A DNA stretch of 35,579 nt from Octopus bimaculoides. Taxonomy: Eukaryota. The notes below the pieces were generated by a model, which was not told the DNA's origin, made no database searches, and saw nothing but the letters and a program-made list of their open reading frames with translations. Where the stretch lies: contig NC_068996.1 in NCBI RefSeq assembly GCF_001194135.2, positions 5,768,385 to 5,803,963 of the forward strand, written 5' to 3'. Positions within the stretch are counted from its first letter, which is position 1, and each line of letters opens with the position of its first letter. Position numbers and translations under genes: made by a program. Below are positions 35,351 through 35,579 of the stretch, one piece after another.

Positions 35351-35579
35351 GATTGTAAATAAATATAATTTAAACCGTAAAAATAATACTAATTTTCTTT
35401 AGAAACAGTAAAATCTTTAAATTAAGGGAAATTAATTATCATAGAGTTTTAATATTTCTAATTTCCCTTAAAATTATAGAACTTTTTAAACTATAAGAAT
35501 AATTTTTTTTATATTTCTGAAAAATCTTACATATATATATTTTCAGAAACTTACAACCAAATGAAAGAAAGACGATGGC

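Overview
Eukaryotic, AT-rich, repeat-dominated DNA with many short N gaps next to microsatellites. The SINE families and (CA)/(TA)/(TAA) density suggest a cephalopod (Octopus-like) draft assembly; this is inference, not tested. No intact host gene is recognisable and most listed ORFs are microsatellite or N-gap artefacts. The window is a nested transposon graveyard: three tRNA-derived SINE families, a decayed RTE LINE, R4/Dong-type restriction-like-endonuclease LINE ends from three families sitting in (TAA)n tracts, two L1/Tx1-like fragments, a Helitron 5' fragment, a hAT-like MITE with a nested 357-bp palindrome, and a Penelope-like element whose GIY-YIG domain is hidden by stops and frameshifts. 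The most striking hidden layer is about nine minimal type-I hammerhead ribozyme-like motifs in four families. Each family has its own palindromic stem III (ACGT, ACAGCTGT, ACATATGT, near-palindromic ACTCGGAGT), and two copies have a complete catalytic core. One plus-strand exon candidate and two 12-nt microexon candidates are low-confidence hints of a host transcript. All pairings and alignments were done by eye; family names need database confirmation.
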